Positions 54,910-64,000 of a stretch of 64,000 nucleotides of DNA are shown here, piece after piece. A model generated the notes under the pieces. The model saw nothing but the letters and a program-made list of their open reading frames with translations. It was not told the DNA's origin and made no database searches. The translations under genes were made by a program, and so were the position numbers. Each line of letters begins with the position of its first letter. Positions within the stretch are counted from its first letter, which is position 1. Where the stretch lies: the IMG/VR virus record IMGVR_UViG_3300048851_000184, positions 1 through 64,000 of that record; one strand, written 5' to 3'. The stretch comes from a virus (lineage: Duplodnaviria; Caudoviricetes).

Positions 54910-55863
54910 ATGGCCGTACAGCCTACCCGCCGGCGCGCGCTCGGCATCAACGCCGTGCAGTCGGCCGTGTTCGAGACCAGCTATGGGCAGACGCCCACGA
55001 CCGGCTTCAAGCGCCTGCCGTTCGTCAGCAATGCGCTTGGCGAAGAGCGCCCGCTGATCGAGGACGACCAGCTCGGCTTCGGACGCGAGGGGCTCGACCC
55101 GGAATATGACGTCGCGACCAACGACGGCGACGTCGTGGTGCCGATGGACACCCGCGCGTTCGGCTGGTGGCTGAAGCTGCTGCTGGGCGCACCGACGTCG
55201 GCTGCGGCCGGCGCCGCCACCGCTCACACGTTTGTGTCGGGCAAGACCGAACTGCCGTCCGCCTCGATCGAGCTCGGCAACCCGGAGATCCCGAGCTACT
55301 CGGTGAACTTCGGCGCGCTCGCCAACCAGCTGCGCGTGTCGATGGCGCGCTCCGGCATGCTCAACGCCACCATCGGCGTCATCGCCCAGGGCGAGACCCG
55401 CAAGCAGGCGCTGAGCGTCGCCGGCACTCCGGACCTGTTCCACGGCGACCGCTTCCAGCAGGCGACCGGCTCCATCAAGCGGGGCGGTGAGGTCCTGGGC
55501 AGCGTCACCGCGGCCGGCTTCACCTATTCCAACAACTTCGAAAAGGTGGAGGCGATCCGCGAGGACGGCCGGATCGACGGTGCGGATCCGCTCAAGGCGA
55601 TGATGACCGGCGAATTGACGATGCGGTTCGATCGCCTCGACCTCTACGATGCCTCCGTCGACGGCACCCCGATCGATCTGGAGTTCGGCTGGAAGCGCGG
55701 CGCCGCGAGCCTGATCTTCACCGTCCCGCGCGTGTTCCTGCCGCGGGTCAAGCGACCCATCAGCGGTCCGGGCGGCATCCAGGCGACGTCCAACTGGCAG
55801 GCATCGGGGGCCGGCGGGAACACGCTGACCGCCGTGCTGACCAACGACGTCGCCAGCTACTGA
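54910..55863 (+). CDS. Major tail tube protein
   Basis: Near-identical to 9534-10490. Confidence 0.85.
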   Translation: MAVQPTRRRALGINAVQSAVFETSYGQTPTTGFKRLPFVSNALGEERPLIEDDQLGFGREGLDPEYDVATNDGDVVVPMDTRAFGWWLKLLLGAPTSAAAGAATAHTFVSGKTELPSASIELGNPEIPSYSVNFGALANQLRVSMARSGMLNATIGVIAQGETRKQALSVAGTPDLFHGDRFQQATGSIKRGGEVLGSVTAAGFTYSNNFEKVEAIREDGRIDGADPLKAMMTGELTMRFDRLDLYDASVDGTPIDLEFGWKRGAASLIFTVPRVFLPRVKRPISGPGGIQATSNWQASGAGGNTLTAVLTNDVASY

Positions 55864-55885
55864 TCCCCTCCAGCGGAGAACGCCC

Positions 55886-56167
55886 GTGAAGAAGGAAACG
55901 AACGCCGCCACCGCGGCGACCGAGAAGACCGTCCCGCCGCTGCCGACCCACGTCGCCGCCGGCGTCACGCCCGAGTTTGCCAAGCTGCGCGTGCTCGACG
56001 CGGACACCGGCAAGCGGATCGGCCATGTGCTGGAGGTAGATGCGGAGAAGGGCTTCGTGCGCCGCTATGCGGTGAAGCACGGCAACTTCGTGCGCGAGGG
56101 TAGCGACCTGAAGGTCATCGAGGAGGGGCGCAAGGTCCGCCTCGAGTGGATCGAGGGTGCCGCCTGA
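55886..56167 (+). CDS. Conserved hypothetical tail-region protein
   Basis: Homolog of 10511-10792. Confidence 0.65.
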   Translation: MKKETNAATAATEKTVPPLPTHVAAGVTPEFAKLRVLDADTGKRIGHVLEVDAEKGFVRRYAVKHGNFVREGSDLKVIEEGRKVRLEWIEGAA

Positions 56168-56733
56168 TGCTCGTCGTCAGCAAGAAGGCCGAGGGCCCCG
56201 CCTGGCTGCCCGTGATGGGCGCCCAGGTGCTGTTCGCGCCGATCGACCGCAAGATGATGCGCGCGGCCCGTCGTGCCGCGGTCAAGTCTCTCCGCGGCGA
56301 GGATGCCGAGGAAGGCGAGGAGGCCGCTGACGCGCCAGCCGCGGAGCAGCTGGAGGAACTCGGCGACGCGCTCAGCGTAGCCCTGATCCTGGCCGGCGCA
56401 CGCGACTGGAAAGATGTCTGCCTGATGGCGGGGCCTGACGATGAAGGCCCCGGCGAGCCGCTGCCGTTCAGCCGCGAGAACCTCGAGCACGCGCTCTCGG
56501 ACCCGCTCACCTTCGAGGCCTTCGATCAGGCGTACGTCATGCCGTTCGTGATGCGGGAGCGGACAAAAAACGTCTCCGCCGCCTCTCAGGTTGGCACTGG
56601 GGAGGCGGCGATGCCGGAGAGCGATACTGCCAGCTCACCTGCCAAGGTGGCGAAGGGCGCCGGTGCGAGCAGTGCCCGTACCGGATCGAAGAGCCGGACA
56701 CCGCGGAAGCGGAAGGTGTCTGGGAGGTCCTGA
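56167..56733 (+). CDS. Tail assembly chaperone G-like
   Basis: Homolog of 10792-11358; A AAA AAC at 56565-56571. Confidence 0.75.
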   Translation: MLVVSKKAEGPAWLPVMGAQVLFAPIDRKMMRAARRAAVKSLRGEDAEEGEEAADAPAAEQLEELGDALSVALILAGARDWKDVCLMAGPDDEGPGEPLPFSRENLEHALSDPLTFEAFDQAYVMPFVMRERTKNVSAASQVGTGEAAMPESDTASSPAKVAKGAGASSARTGSKSRTPRKRKVSGRS

Positions 56734-56915
56734 CCTCCTGCGATCGCCAGCTGCGGGTCGCAGGCATGACGGGCAAGCCGTTCGCGCTGGATTACGCGGC
56801 GGTGATGGCGGTCGGCGCCGCGTTGGATGCCGACATGGAGATGCTGGCGGACGTGCTGCCGGCAGCCGAAGCGGCGATCGTCGCACAGTTCGCCGGTGAT
56901 GACGGCGGGGATTGA
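56565..56915 (+). CDS. T segment of chaperone GT (-1 frame)
   Basis: Open 116 codons, Cys and Trp conserved with copy 1. Confidence 0.7.
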   Translation, partial: KKRLRRLSGWHWGGGDAGERYCQLTCQGGEGRRCEQCPYRIEEPDTAEAEGVWEVLTSCDRQLRVAGMTGKPFALDYAAVMAVGAALDADMEMLADVLPAAEAAIVAQFAGDDGGD

Positions 56916-56924
56916 GGAGGGCGC

Positions 56925-59825
56925 GTGGAAAAGTCCGTCTCGATCCGCATGGGCACGACCGGCAAGGCCGATGTCACCCGCACCTTCGATGAAATGGCCG
57001 CTTCCGGTGAGGCATCGGCCAACCGGTGGAGCAAGGCCTACGACCGCGCCGGGCAGGATGTTGAAGCGGCGCTGCAGCGCCAGGCGAACGCCGCCGCCAA
57101 GATCGCTGCCATCGTTCCGCAGACCGCGATCCAGATGCAGGCGAACGCCGCGGCTGGTTCGAACACGCGCTTCGGCGGTGGTTATGCGGCAGGCGCTGGT
57201 GAGCGGAACGGACTAGGCGAGGGATCAGCACGCGCATCCGCTGCGGTGTTCAAGGAGTTGATCGCCGCCGAGGAGCAGCTTGAGGCGCGCACCCGGGCTT
57301 TGGTTGCCTCGATCGACCCCGTCTGGGCGGCTCAGCAGCGATTCAACGCTGAGATGGAAAACGCGCGCGATCTGATCAGCAACGGCAAGATCTCGCTCGA
57401 CCAGTATGTCACCAAGCTGGGGCAGGAGAGGGCCGCCCTCGACAGCGCGACGGCCGCCCAACAGCGCGGGGCAGTATCCGCCGGCGCCCATCGGGCGGCG
57501 ATGCAGGGGCTGTCGTTCCAGGCGCAAGACGCGATGACGCAGCTATCGATGGGCGCCAACGTCTTCAACGTCATTGCGGTGCAGGGAGCCCAGGCTGCGG
57601 GGCAGATGGCGAACCTGGAGGGGAAACTTGGCTCTGCCGCCAAGTTCATGATCGGGCCTTGGGGGCTGGCGATCACCGGCGGGCTGATGTTGCTCGGGAT
57701 GCTGACAGATCGGCTGATGCAGAGCCGCCAGGCCTCGGAAGCAGACGAGGCGGCAAAGCGCGGAGAGGCTGCGGGCGCAAACACGTTGGAGGGCGCCATC
57801 AAGGCGCTCAACGACATTACGGGAGTTCACAACCGGTCTCAGGCCGTCGCGATTGATCTGGCGATCGGCAACGCCGACGCCATGCTCAAGCAGGCTGAGG
57901 CTACCCGGGCAGCGACCGCCGCCCGCCTCGCCGACATGAAGGCCCTGCAGGCGGCCAACCGGCAACGCGCGTCTGGCCCAGGGCAGAACTCGGAAATGGT
58001 CGCGATCGGATTGCCTGCCGGCGACGAGGCGATCGCGAGCGTAGAAGCGACGCTCTCCAAGCTCGACGCCAGCATCATCCGCGGACAGAATGCCGTGCGG
58101 TTCGCGCGGGCGGAGTCCTCCCGCCAACATGCGGTGCAAACGGCGGACGAACTTGACCGGAACTCCCGGCTGCGGATCTCGACCGGAGCGGTGGCGGATG
58201 CTGAGCGCAACCTCGCGAAGGTCCGTGAAGAGGGGCGCTCACAGCTCGCCGCCAAGAAGATCACGCCTGAGGAATACGCCGCCAAGAGCGACGAAGCCGA
58301 GCGGCGGCTGGTAAAAGCGCAGGAGGACGGCCGGCATAGCTCCGATCGCCGCGCGGCATCTCTGGGCCGGCAGGCCGCGGCTATGGAGGTCAACGCCGAC
58401 GCCTCGCTGGAACTGGCGCGGGCATATCTGGTTGGCGGTGCTGCCGCGCTGCGGGCTGAGGCTGCCCGCAAGGGCCTGACCGACGCGACCCGCCGCGGGA
58501 TCGACTCGGACGCGCAGGTAGCGCGCCAGCTGCAGGTGATGGTCGGCGAGCAGGTAGCCAACGGCGCAAAGTCCGTCGCCCAGCTGCGCGAGGAAACCGA
58601 GGCCCGCGCCGCTGTCCGCGCCCAGGTGCTCGCCGGCACACTGCCGGTGGAGGGCATGGCGCAGGCGTTGTCCGACGAGGCGGCGTTGCGGCCCCTGCTC
58701 AAGCTCCAGACGGTTGCCCAGGGCGAGGCGCTGACCGAACTGACGAAGGTGATCGAGGCCTACCGCAAAGCGCTCGCCGATGCGCACGAGGAAGAGGCGC
58801 GGAGCGGGGCTGCCGTCGAGACCAGGGCGTCGAAGGACCGCTTCGCCGAGACGATCGAGAGCATCCGAGATCTAGGTAAGGATCCGCTGCAGCGCGCGCT
58901 CGATGCCGCCCGGCGCGCGGCAGAACGCGACGCGGATGCCAAGAAGCTGACGGGTGAGGACCGGACGGGGTTCGTGGACGCCCGGGTTAGCGAGGCTCGC
59001 GCCACCGAGGGGTACCGCCGGGCGCAGTTCTACGTCAGCACCGCGGACGATCAGCGAGATTCGCTGGAGTTGGCGAAGCTCGAACTTTCCCTCGCCGCAT
59101 CTGGCAACGACGAGCGCGATCGCGCCATGGCGAAGCTGGAGATGATCCTCCGGATGAAGCGGGAAGGCATCACCGCCGACAGCGAGGAAGGCCGCAAGCT
59201 GCTGGAGAACCAGGAGCGCCTCGACGGGGTTGCCACCCAGGCGAAGCTTGCTGCCGCCGGCTTCAGGGAGCTGCGCGACTTCGGCAACGACTTCGTCGAC
59301 ACGGTGCTGTCGGAGGATACCTGGTCGAGCTGGGGCAACGCCGGCAAGACGATCCTGAACATGCTCAAGAGCGAGTTCGTGAAGCTCGCCCTGCTGAACC
59401 CGCTCAAGAACCTGATCAACGGCGACAAGGCCCTGCCGACGCTGAGCGGCCTGGTCGGCAAGATCGGTAACCTGTTCGGCCCCAAGGGTGTCGGCAACAA
59501 CGCCGCGGGCACCGAATGGTGGTCGGGCGGCGCGACGTGGCTCGCGGAGAACGGGCCCGAGATCGTCAACCTGCCGCAGGGTTCGCGGGTCACGTCCGCA
59601 GCCGAGACGCGTCGGCTGTTCGCCGCGAATGATGCGGGCTCGCGTGCTGGCGGCCTGACCGTGATCGTCAACGCCCAGGATGCGGTGCTGGCGGATACGG
59701 TGCGCGGCTGGGTCTCGGAAGGTGTCGGGCTTGCATCGGCGCAGGGCGCAGCTGGCGGCGCAGCTATGGCGGAGGCGAATGACATGGCCGCAGGCACCCG
59801 CACGCTTGGCCGGTGGCGCCGCTGA
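56925..59825 (+). CDS. Tape measure protein (966 aa)
   Basis: Shares both ends with 11550-14771. Confidence 0.9.
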   Translation: MEKSVSIRMGTTGKADVTRTFDEMAASGEASANRWSKAYDRAGQDVEAALQRQANAAAKIAAIVPQTAIQMQANAAAGSNTRFGGGYAAGAGERNGLGEGSARASAAVFKELIAAEEQLEARTRALVASIDPVWAAQQRFNAEMENARDLISNGKISLDQYVTKLGQERAALDSATAAQQRGAVSAGAHRAAMQGLSFQAQDAMTQLSMGANVFNVIAVQGAQAAGQMANLEGKLGSAAKFMIGPWGLAITGGLMLLGMLTDRLMQSRQASEADEAAKRGEAAGANTLEGAIKALNDITGVHNRSQAVAIDLAIGNADAMLKQAEATRAATAARLADMKALQAANRQRASGPGQNSEMVAIGLPAGDEAIASVEATLSKLDASIIRGQNAVRFARAESSRQHAVQTADELDRNSRLRISTGAVADAERNLAKVREEGRSQLAAKKITPEEYAAKSDEAERRLVKAQEDGRHSSDRRAASLGRQAAAMEVNADASLELARAYLVGGAAALRAEAARKGLTDATRRGIDSDAQVARQLQVMVGEQVANGAKSVAQLREETEARAAVRAQVLAGTLPVEGMAQALSDEAALRPLLKLQTVAQGEALTELTKVIEAYRKALADAHEEEARSGAAVETRASKDRFAETIESIRDLGKDPLQRALDAARRAAERDADAKKLTGEDRTGFVDARVSEARATEGYRRAQFYVSTADDQRDSLELAKLELSLAASGNDERDRAMAKLEMILRMKREGITADSEEGRKLLENQERLDGVATQAKLAAAGFRELRDFGNDFVDTVLSEDTWSSWGNAGKTILNMLKSEFVKLALLNPLKNLINGDKALPTLSGLVGKIGNLFGPKGVGNNAAGTEWWSGGATWLAENGPEIVNLPQGSRVTSAAETRRLFAANDAGSRAGGLTVIVNAQDAVLADTVRGWVSEGVGLASAQGAAGGAAMAEANDMAAGTRTLGRWRR

Positions 59826-60430
59826 TGCCGGTGGAGATCCCGCACCTGCGTATTCGCAGGTTCGCCATGCGTCCCCGCCTGTTCAGTGGCGAGCAGGAGG
59901 GCGCGCTCGGCGGAGAGGATCTGCCGATCCCGCGTCCGGGAGATCGTCTCGCCGTCGACGTGGACACGACGCAGTTCCGGACGGGCGAAGAGGCGCGCTT
60001 GATGACGGCGGCCCTCTTCGAGGCGAGCAACAGCAGCGCGATCATGCGCATCGTCCAACCGAACAAGAGCAGGGGCAGTTCGCCCGGCAATGAGGCGGTC
60101 GTGGATGGCGGCGGGTTCGGCGGCATGACGCTGACGCTGCGCGGCCTGCAGCGCGGCGCGGCGCTCACCCGCGGCAACTTCTTCAGCATCGTCCACAACG
60201 GCCGCCGCTACGTCCACATGATCGCCTGTGCTGGGCAGGTGATAGTTCCTGACACCGGGCGGGTGGCGCTGCCGATCTGGCCGATGCTTCGCTTCTGGGC
60301 CGTGGATGGAGAACCGGTCGAGTTCGTCGCTCCGATGATCGAGGGCAAGCTGGTGGGCTTCGACAAGGGCGCCGGCTTCGTGCGTGCGAAGACCGAGCCG
60401 CTGTCCTTCAGCATCCAGGAGCGGGCATGA
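59825..60430 (+). CDS. Putative distal tail protein
   Basis: Homolog of 14771-15373. Confidence 0.6.
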   Translation: MPVEIPHLRIRRFAMRPRLFSGEQEGALGGEDLPIPRPGDRLAVDVDTTQFRTGEEARLMTAALFEASNSSAIMRIVQPNKSRGSSPGNEAVVDGGGFGGMTLTLRGLQRGAALTRGNFFSIVHNGRRYVHMIACAGQVIVPDTGRVALPIWPMLRFWAVDGEPVEFVAPMIEGKLVGFDKGAGFVRAKTEPLSFSIQERA

Positions 60431-61071
60431 CCTTCCGCCTGACGCCCCAAATGTCCGCGGCGCTGCGCTCCGGCCGGCACCCCTATGCGCCGCTCGTGCG
60501 CGTGCAGCTGCCCGGCTACACGCTTTGCCAGGTGGTCGGATCTGTGGAGGTGCCCTTCCTGGGGAATATGTTCGTCGGGCGTGACCCGCGATTCGGGAGC
60601 TTGATCGCGGCGAGCAACCTGAAGGACGGCGTGGGCGATGAGGCGCCGGACTGGTCGCTGACGTTCGTTCCGCCTGACGACATCGGCGCTTCCGAACTGG
60701 CGGCCGCGACGGCGCAGGGCGGCGAGGTCGGCGGCTGGTTGGGGTTGATCAATCCGGCCGACGGCAATCTGCTGCCTGAGCCGATCCAGCTATTTGCGGG
60801 CGAGCTCGACGTTCCACGGATCCGCGTAGGCAAGGGGACGCGCACGCTTGAGTGGCGCTGCTCCTCCGCGCTCGAGCCCTTCCATGATGAGGAGCGGGGC
60901 GCCCGCCTGTCGGACAGCTGGCACCGGCTGGTGTGGAACGGCGAAACCGGGCTCGCGAACATGACGGGCACTGGCAAGACGTCGATGTGGGGTGTGGAGA
61001 AGCCTCCTTCCGCCGTCCGCGTCACCGGCGGCAGCCTGGCCGCGTCCTTCCTGGGGAGCATCGGGCTATGA
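60427..61071 (+). CDS. Putative tail hub protein
   Basis: Homolog of 15370-16011. Confidence 0.6.
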   Translation: MTFRLTPQMSAALRSGRHPYAPLVRVQLPGYTLCQVVGSVEVPFLGNMFVGRDPRFGSLIAASNLKDGVGDEAPDWSLTFVPPDDIGASELAAATAQGGEVGGWLGLINPADGNLLPEPIQLFAGELDVPRIRVGKGTRTLEWRCSSALEPFHDEERGARLSDSWHRLVWNGETGLANMTGTGKTSMWGVEKPPSAVRVTGGSLAASFLGSIGL

Positions 61072-61487
61072 CCGTACTCCTTCGCCGGCAGCAGGTGGCA
61101 CAGGCCGCGGTCGATCGCTTCAAGGGCCAGCCGCTCGCGTACGGGAAGAACGACTGCGTCCGACTGGCAGCCTTCGTGCTGCGCAAGATGGGGCACCGCC
61201 CCCAGCTGGCGAAGGCGGGCACCTACAGCAACGCGCTCGGTGCCGCGCGTGCGTTGCAGCGGGCCGGGTTCGAGGATCTGGCGGCGGCTGTCGACGCACT
61301 GGGGCTGCCACGCATCGCGCCCGCCGCGGCATGGGTGGCGGACTTGGTGCTGCTCCCCGCAGACGGCCCCTTCGGCGGTGCGCTGAGCGTAGCGGTCGGG
61401 AACGGCCGTGTGCTGGGCTATCACGAAGACGTGGCCGGTGCCGACATCCTCCAGCCGGTCGAATATCTCGCTGCCTGGCGGGTGTAG
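61068..61487 (+). CDS. Tail NlpC/P60-like peptidase
   Basis: YGKNDC; homolog of 16011-16430. Confidence 0.65.
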   Translation: MTVLLRRQQVAQAAVDRFKGQPLAYGKNDCVRLAAFVLRKMGHRPQLAKAGTYSNALGAARALQRAGFEDLAAAVDALGLPRIAPAAAWVADLVLLPADGPFGGALSVAVGNGRVLGYHEDVAGADILQPVEYLAAWRV

Positions 61488-61844
61488 TTAGAGGCAAGCG
61501 CTCAGGACAGGTGGAAGTTCTCGCGGTTGGTCGGGCCGATCGCGAATGCGCCGCGTCTCGATCGCCCTTTCGCTGCCACGGTCATGCACCTCCACGACAT
61601 TCACGACCGACGCGATCCCGGCGGTCCTCATGACTTGGCTGAAGACGACGCTGCGGGGGCCCTCTTCAGACCTGAGCTCCACGCCGCGATCCTTCGACAG
61701 TGCCAGCGCCACGCACGCGACGACATCCGTCATCGGCCGCGGGGTTGATGCGGCGGCGGACGGGCCGCGGCTCTGGAGATCTCCCGTCGTCTTGCACCCA
61801 ACGAGTGCAACGGTAGCGGACAGCATAAGGGCAACAGTTCGCAT
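61488..61844 (-). CDS. Antisense lipoprotein moron
   Basis: GGAG RBS, signal MRTVALMLSATVALVG-C lipobox; absent from prophage 1. Confidence 0.75.
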   Translation of the reverse strand: MRTVALMLSATVALVGCKTTGDLQSRGPSAAASTPRPMTDVVACVALALSKDRGVELRSEEGPRSVVFSQVMRTAGIASVVNVVEVHDRGSERAIETRRIRDRPDQPRELPPVLSACL

Positions 61845-61873
61845 GGCTCACTCCGAACGACACGCCTTCTGAT

Positions 61874-64000
61874 ATGGCAAAAGCGCTGAGAACAGCAGCC
61901 TTTGTTGTGGGGGCAGTCGCGCTTGTTGCGACCGGTGTTGGTGCAGCAGCAGGCGCAGGCTTACTCGGGGCCACTACTCTTGCCGCTGGCGCGTCGGCTG
62001 CAACTGTCGGCACGCTGGCGACCGTCGCAAGCGTTGCCAGCATTGCCCAGGTAGGCGCGGCGGCGCTGTCGATCGCCTCGGCGATCGCCCAACCGAAGGG
62101 CTCGTTGGGCGGCAACCCGACCGAGTTCACGATCGATAAGGAGTCCGGCATCCCCTACGCGATCGGCCGGACCTATTCGGCCGGCAAGGTCGTGCATCGC
62201 CAGTATTACGGGTCGAAGAACAGCCTGGAGAGTTGGGTTGCGGTCCATAGCCTCGGGCCGGTCAAGAGCCTGGGCCCGTTCCAGGTCTCCAAGGCGACGG
62301 TACCGTTCCAAAACGGCGCGGCCGTGGGGACGTATGCCGGTTATATGTGGCTCGACCAGCAGCTCGGCGCGTGCCCGGAAGCGCGCGCACTACAGGGGCC
62401 GCAGGGGCCATTTCCCGGCTGGGGCCCAGCGTCGAAGCTGTCCGGCCTCGCTGCGGATCTCTGGACGCTCAAGTTCGACAGCAAGGGCAAGAAGTATCCT
62501 AACGGCGTGCCCGAGCGGGGCAGGATCCTGGAAGGCGTGCTCGTGTATGATGCGCGCCTCGACAGCACCTATCCGGGCGGCTCTGGACCCTGCCGGCTGG
62601 GGCAGGAAGCAACCTACGTCTACAGCGAGTGCCCGGCGAACCACGCGCTAACCTGGGCCTATGGCCGGTTGCAGAACGGCACGCTGGTGGCCGGCGGCGG
62701 GGTCAAGGTGTCCGGCATCGACCTGGCCCCGTTTGTCGAGTGGGCGAACGTCTGCGATGCCAACGGCTGGAGGGCGGGCGGGATCGTCTACACCAGCGCG
62801 GACAATGACTGGGACATCCTGAAGATGATCTGCCAGGCGGGCGGCGCGGAGCCGATGCCGGTGGGCGGGCAGCTGTCGGTGACCTTCAACGCGCCGCGCG
62901 TCTCGATCGGTACGATCACCAGCGGCGACATCATCGGCGACGTCGACGTGCCCGGGACCGCCTCCCGCCGCGCGCGCCGCAACACCGTGATCTCGAAGGT
63001 GCGGCTGGAGAGCCACGGCTGGCAGGTGGTGCCGCTGAACGCGATCGCGATCCCCGACTATGTCGCCGTCGATGGCGGCAGCAGGCCAAGGGAGATCGAG
63101 TTCCCGCTGGTGCAGCAGGTTGACCAGGGCGCGCAGCTTGGCCTCTACGAGATCCTGAACGGCCGGGAGCTGGAGGGCATTCTTCTTCCCTGCAAGGCGA
63201 CCATGATCGGCTACCGGCCGGGCGACTGCCTGACGGTGGACATCCCGGAGGCAGCGCTGGTCGGCCGCGATGTGGTGGTGCGCACGCGGGAGATCGACAT
63301 GGGAACGGTTGGCGTGACCTTCACCTGCCGGTCGGAGACCGCGTCCAAGCACAGCTTCGCGCTTGGCAAGGGCGGTACGGCACCGCCGACACCGGACCTT
63401 TCGATCCCGACCGTTGACCTGACCGCCCCCGACGCCGCCGACTGGACGGCCAACGGGGCGGTGCTGAGCGCCAATGGCGTTTCCTTCCCGGCGGTGATCG
63501 TCACCGGCGCGGCCGACGACCGGCCCATGGCGGGCGTGCTGTTCGAATACCGGCCCTATGTCGTCGGTGCGGATCCGGAAGTCGGCTGGAGCGGTGGCGG
63601 CATCGACGGGCCGGGGATCACTCGCAAGGAGATCACCAGCGTCCGGTCCGACACCCAGTATGAGGTCGCGGTGCGCTACATGGTCGGTGGCACGTACAGC
63701 GACCGGCTGGTGTTGGGCCCGGTCACGGCGGGCGTGTTCAGCGCCGCCGGCGGCACCCAGGCCGCGATCGCGACGTCGTTCCCGATCGGCTTGGCGATTG
63801 CCGCCGCCGATACTGGTGTGGTGACGATCAGCGCTCACACCCGCCGCTATACCGACGGCCATCCGGACGTGGCGGTCGCCGGCGCCACGATCGAGACGGG
63901 CCTCGCTCCGGGCGCGTTCCGGGCGATTGGCTACGACGACGAGGAGCGCACGGGCGGCGCGGTGGCGTACCAGCTGTTCGAGGACGACATCGATGCCCGC
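61874..64000 (+). CDS. Tail tip protein (J-like), truncated by window end
   Basis: Open frame from ATG 61874 to 64000, homolog of 16440-19031. Confidence 0.85.
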   Translation, partial: MAKALRTAAFVVGAVALVATGVGAAAGAGLLGATTLAAGASAATVGTLATVASVASIAQVGAAALSIASAIAQPKGSLGGNPTEFTIDKESGIPYAIGRTYSAGKVVHRQYYGSKNSLESWVAVHSLGPVKSLGPFQVSKATVPFQNGAAVGTYAGYMWLDQQLGACPEARALQGPQGPFPGWGPASKLSGLAADLWTLKFDSKGKKYPNGVPERGRILEGVLVYDARLDSTYPGGSGPCRLGQEATYVYSECPANHALTWAYGRLQNGTLVAGGGVKVSGIDLAPFVEWANVCDANGWRAGGIVYTSADNDWDILKMICQAGGAEPMPVGGQLSVTFNAPRVSIGTITSGDIIGDVDVPGTASRRARRNTVISKVRLESHGWQVVPLNAIAIPDYVAVDGGSRPREIEFPLVQQVDQGAQLGLYEILNGRELEGILLPCKATMIGYRPGDCLTVDIPEAALVGRDVVVRTREIDMGTVGVTFTCRSETASKHSFALGKGGTAPPTPDLSIPTVDLTAPDAADWTANGAVLSANGVSFPAVIVTGAADDRPMAGVLFEYRPYVVGADPEVGWSGGGIDGPGITRKEITSVRSDTQYEVAVRYMVGGTYSDRLVLGPVTAGVFSAAGGTQAAIATSFPIGLAIAAADTGVVTISAHTRRYTDGHPDVAVAGATIETGLAPGAFRAIGYDDEERTGGAVAYQLFEDDIDAR

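Larger units (their letters stand above)
28680..64000 (+). mobile_element. Prophage 2 integrated at tRNA-Ser(CGA) 3' end; right end outside window, left boundary approximate
   Basis: Integrase directly after tRNA, then full lambdoid early and late modules. Confidence 0.92.

Noticed and set aside
1-64000. CRISPR array, rRNA, IS element or invertible segment
   Set aside because: No regularly spaced repeats, rRNA-like sequence, transposase or invertase seen

Overview
GC-rich alphaproteobacterial DNA (Sphingomonas-like by inference from gene content) made almost entirely of two related lambda-like temperate siphophage prophages in direct orientation. Prophage 1 (1-28028) is its right half: lambda-type cos, terminase, portal, ClpP-capsid fusion, tail, Hint-tipped tail tip protein, tail fibre, lysis cassette and a cluster of small accessory genes. 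It ends in a duplicated 3' half of tRNA-Ala(CGC), a candidate attR. About 600 bp of host DNA follows (hspQ plus an intact tRNA-Ser(CGA)). Prophage 2 (about 28680 to beyond 64000) then begins: P4-like integrase, leftward accessory operon, HIRAN-cI/cro switch with palindromic operators, replication genes and a NusG-like antiterminator. After these come a second cos, a near-identical terminase, an unrelated head module (HK97-type protease-capsid fusion) and a near-identical tail. The most striking observation is that the two cos sites share cosQ/cosN-like sequence and lie 45,315 bp apart, about one genome length, bracketing a complete hybrid gene set. Most family assignments rest on recognised motifs and synteny, not database searches.
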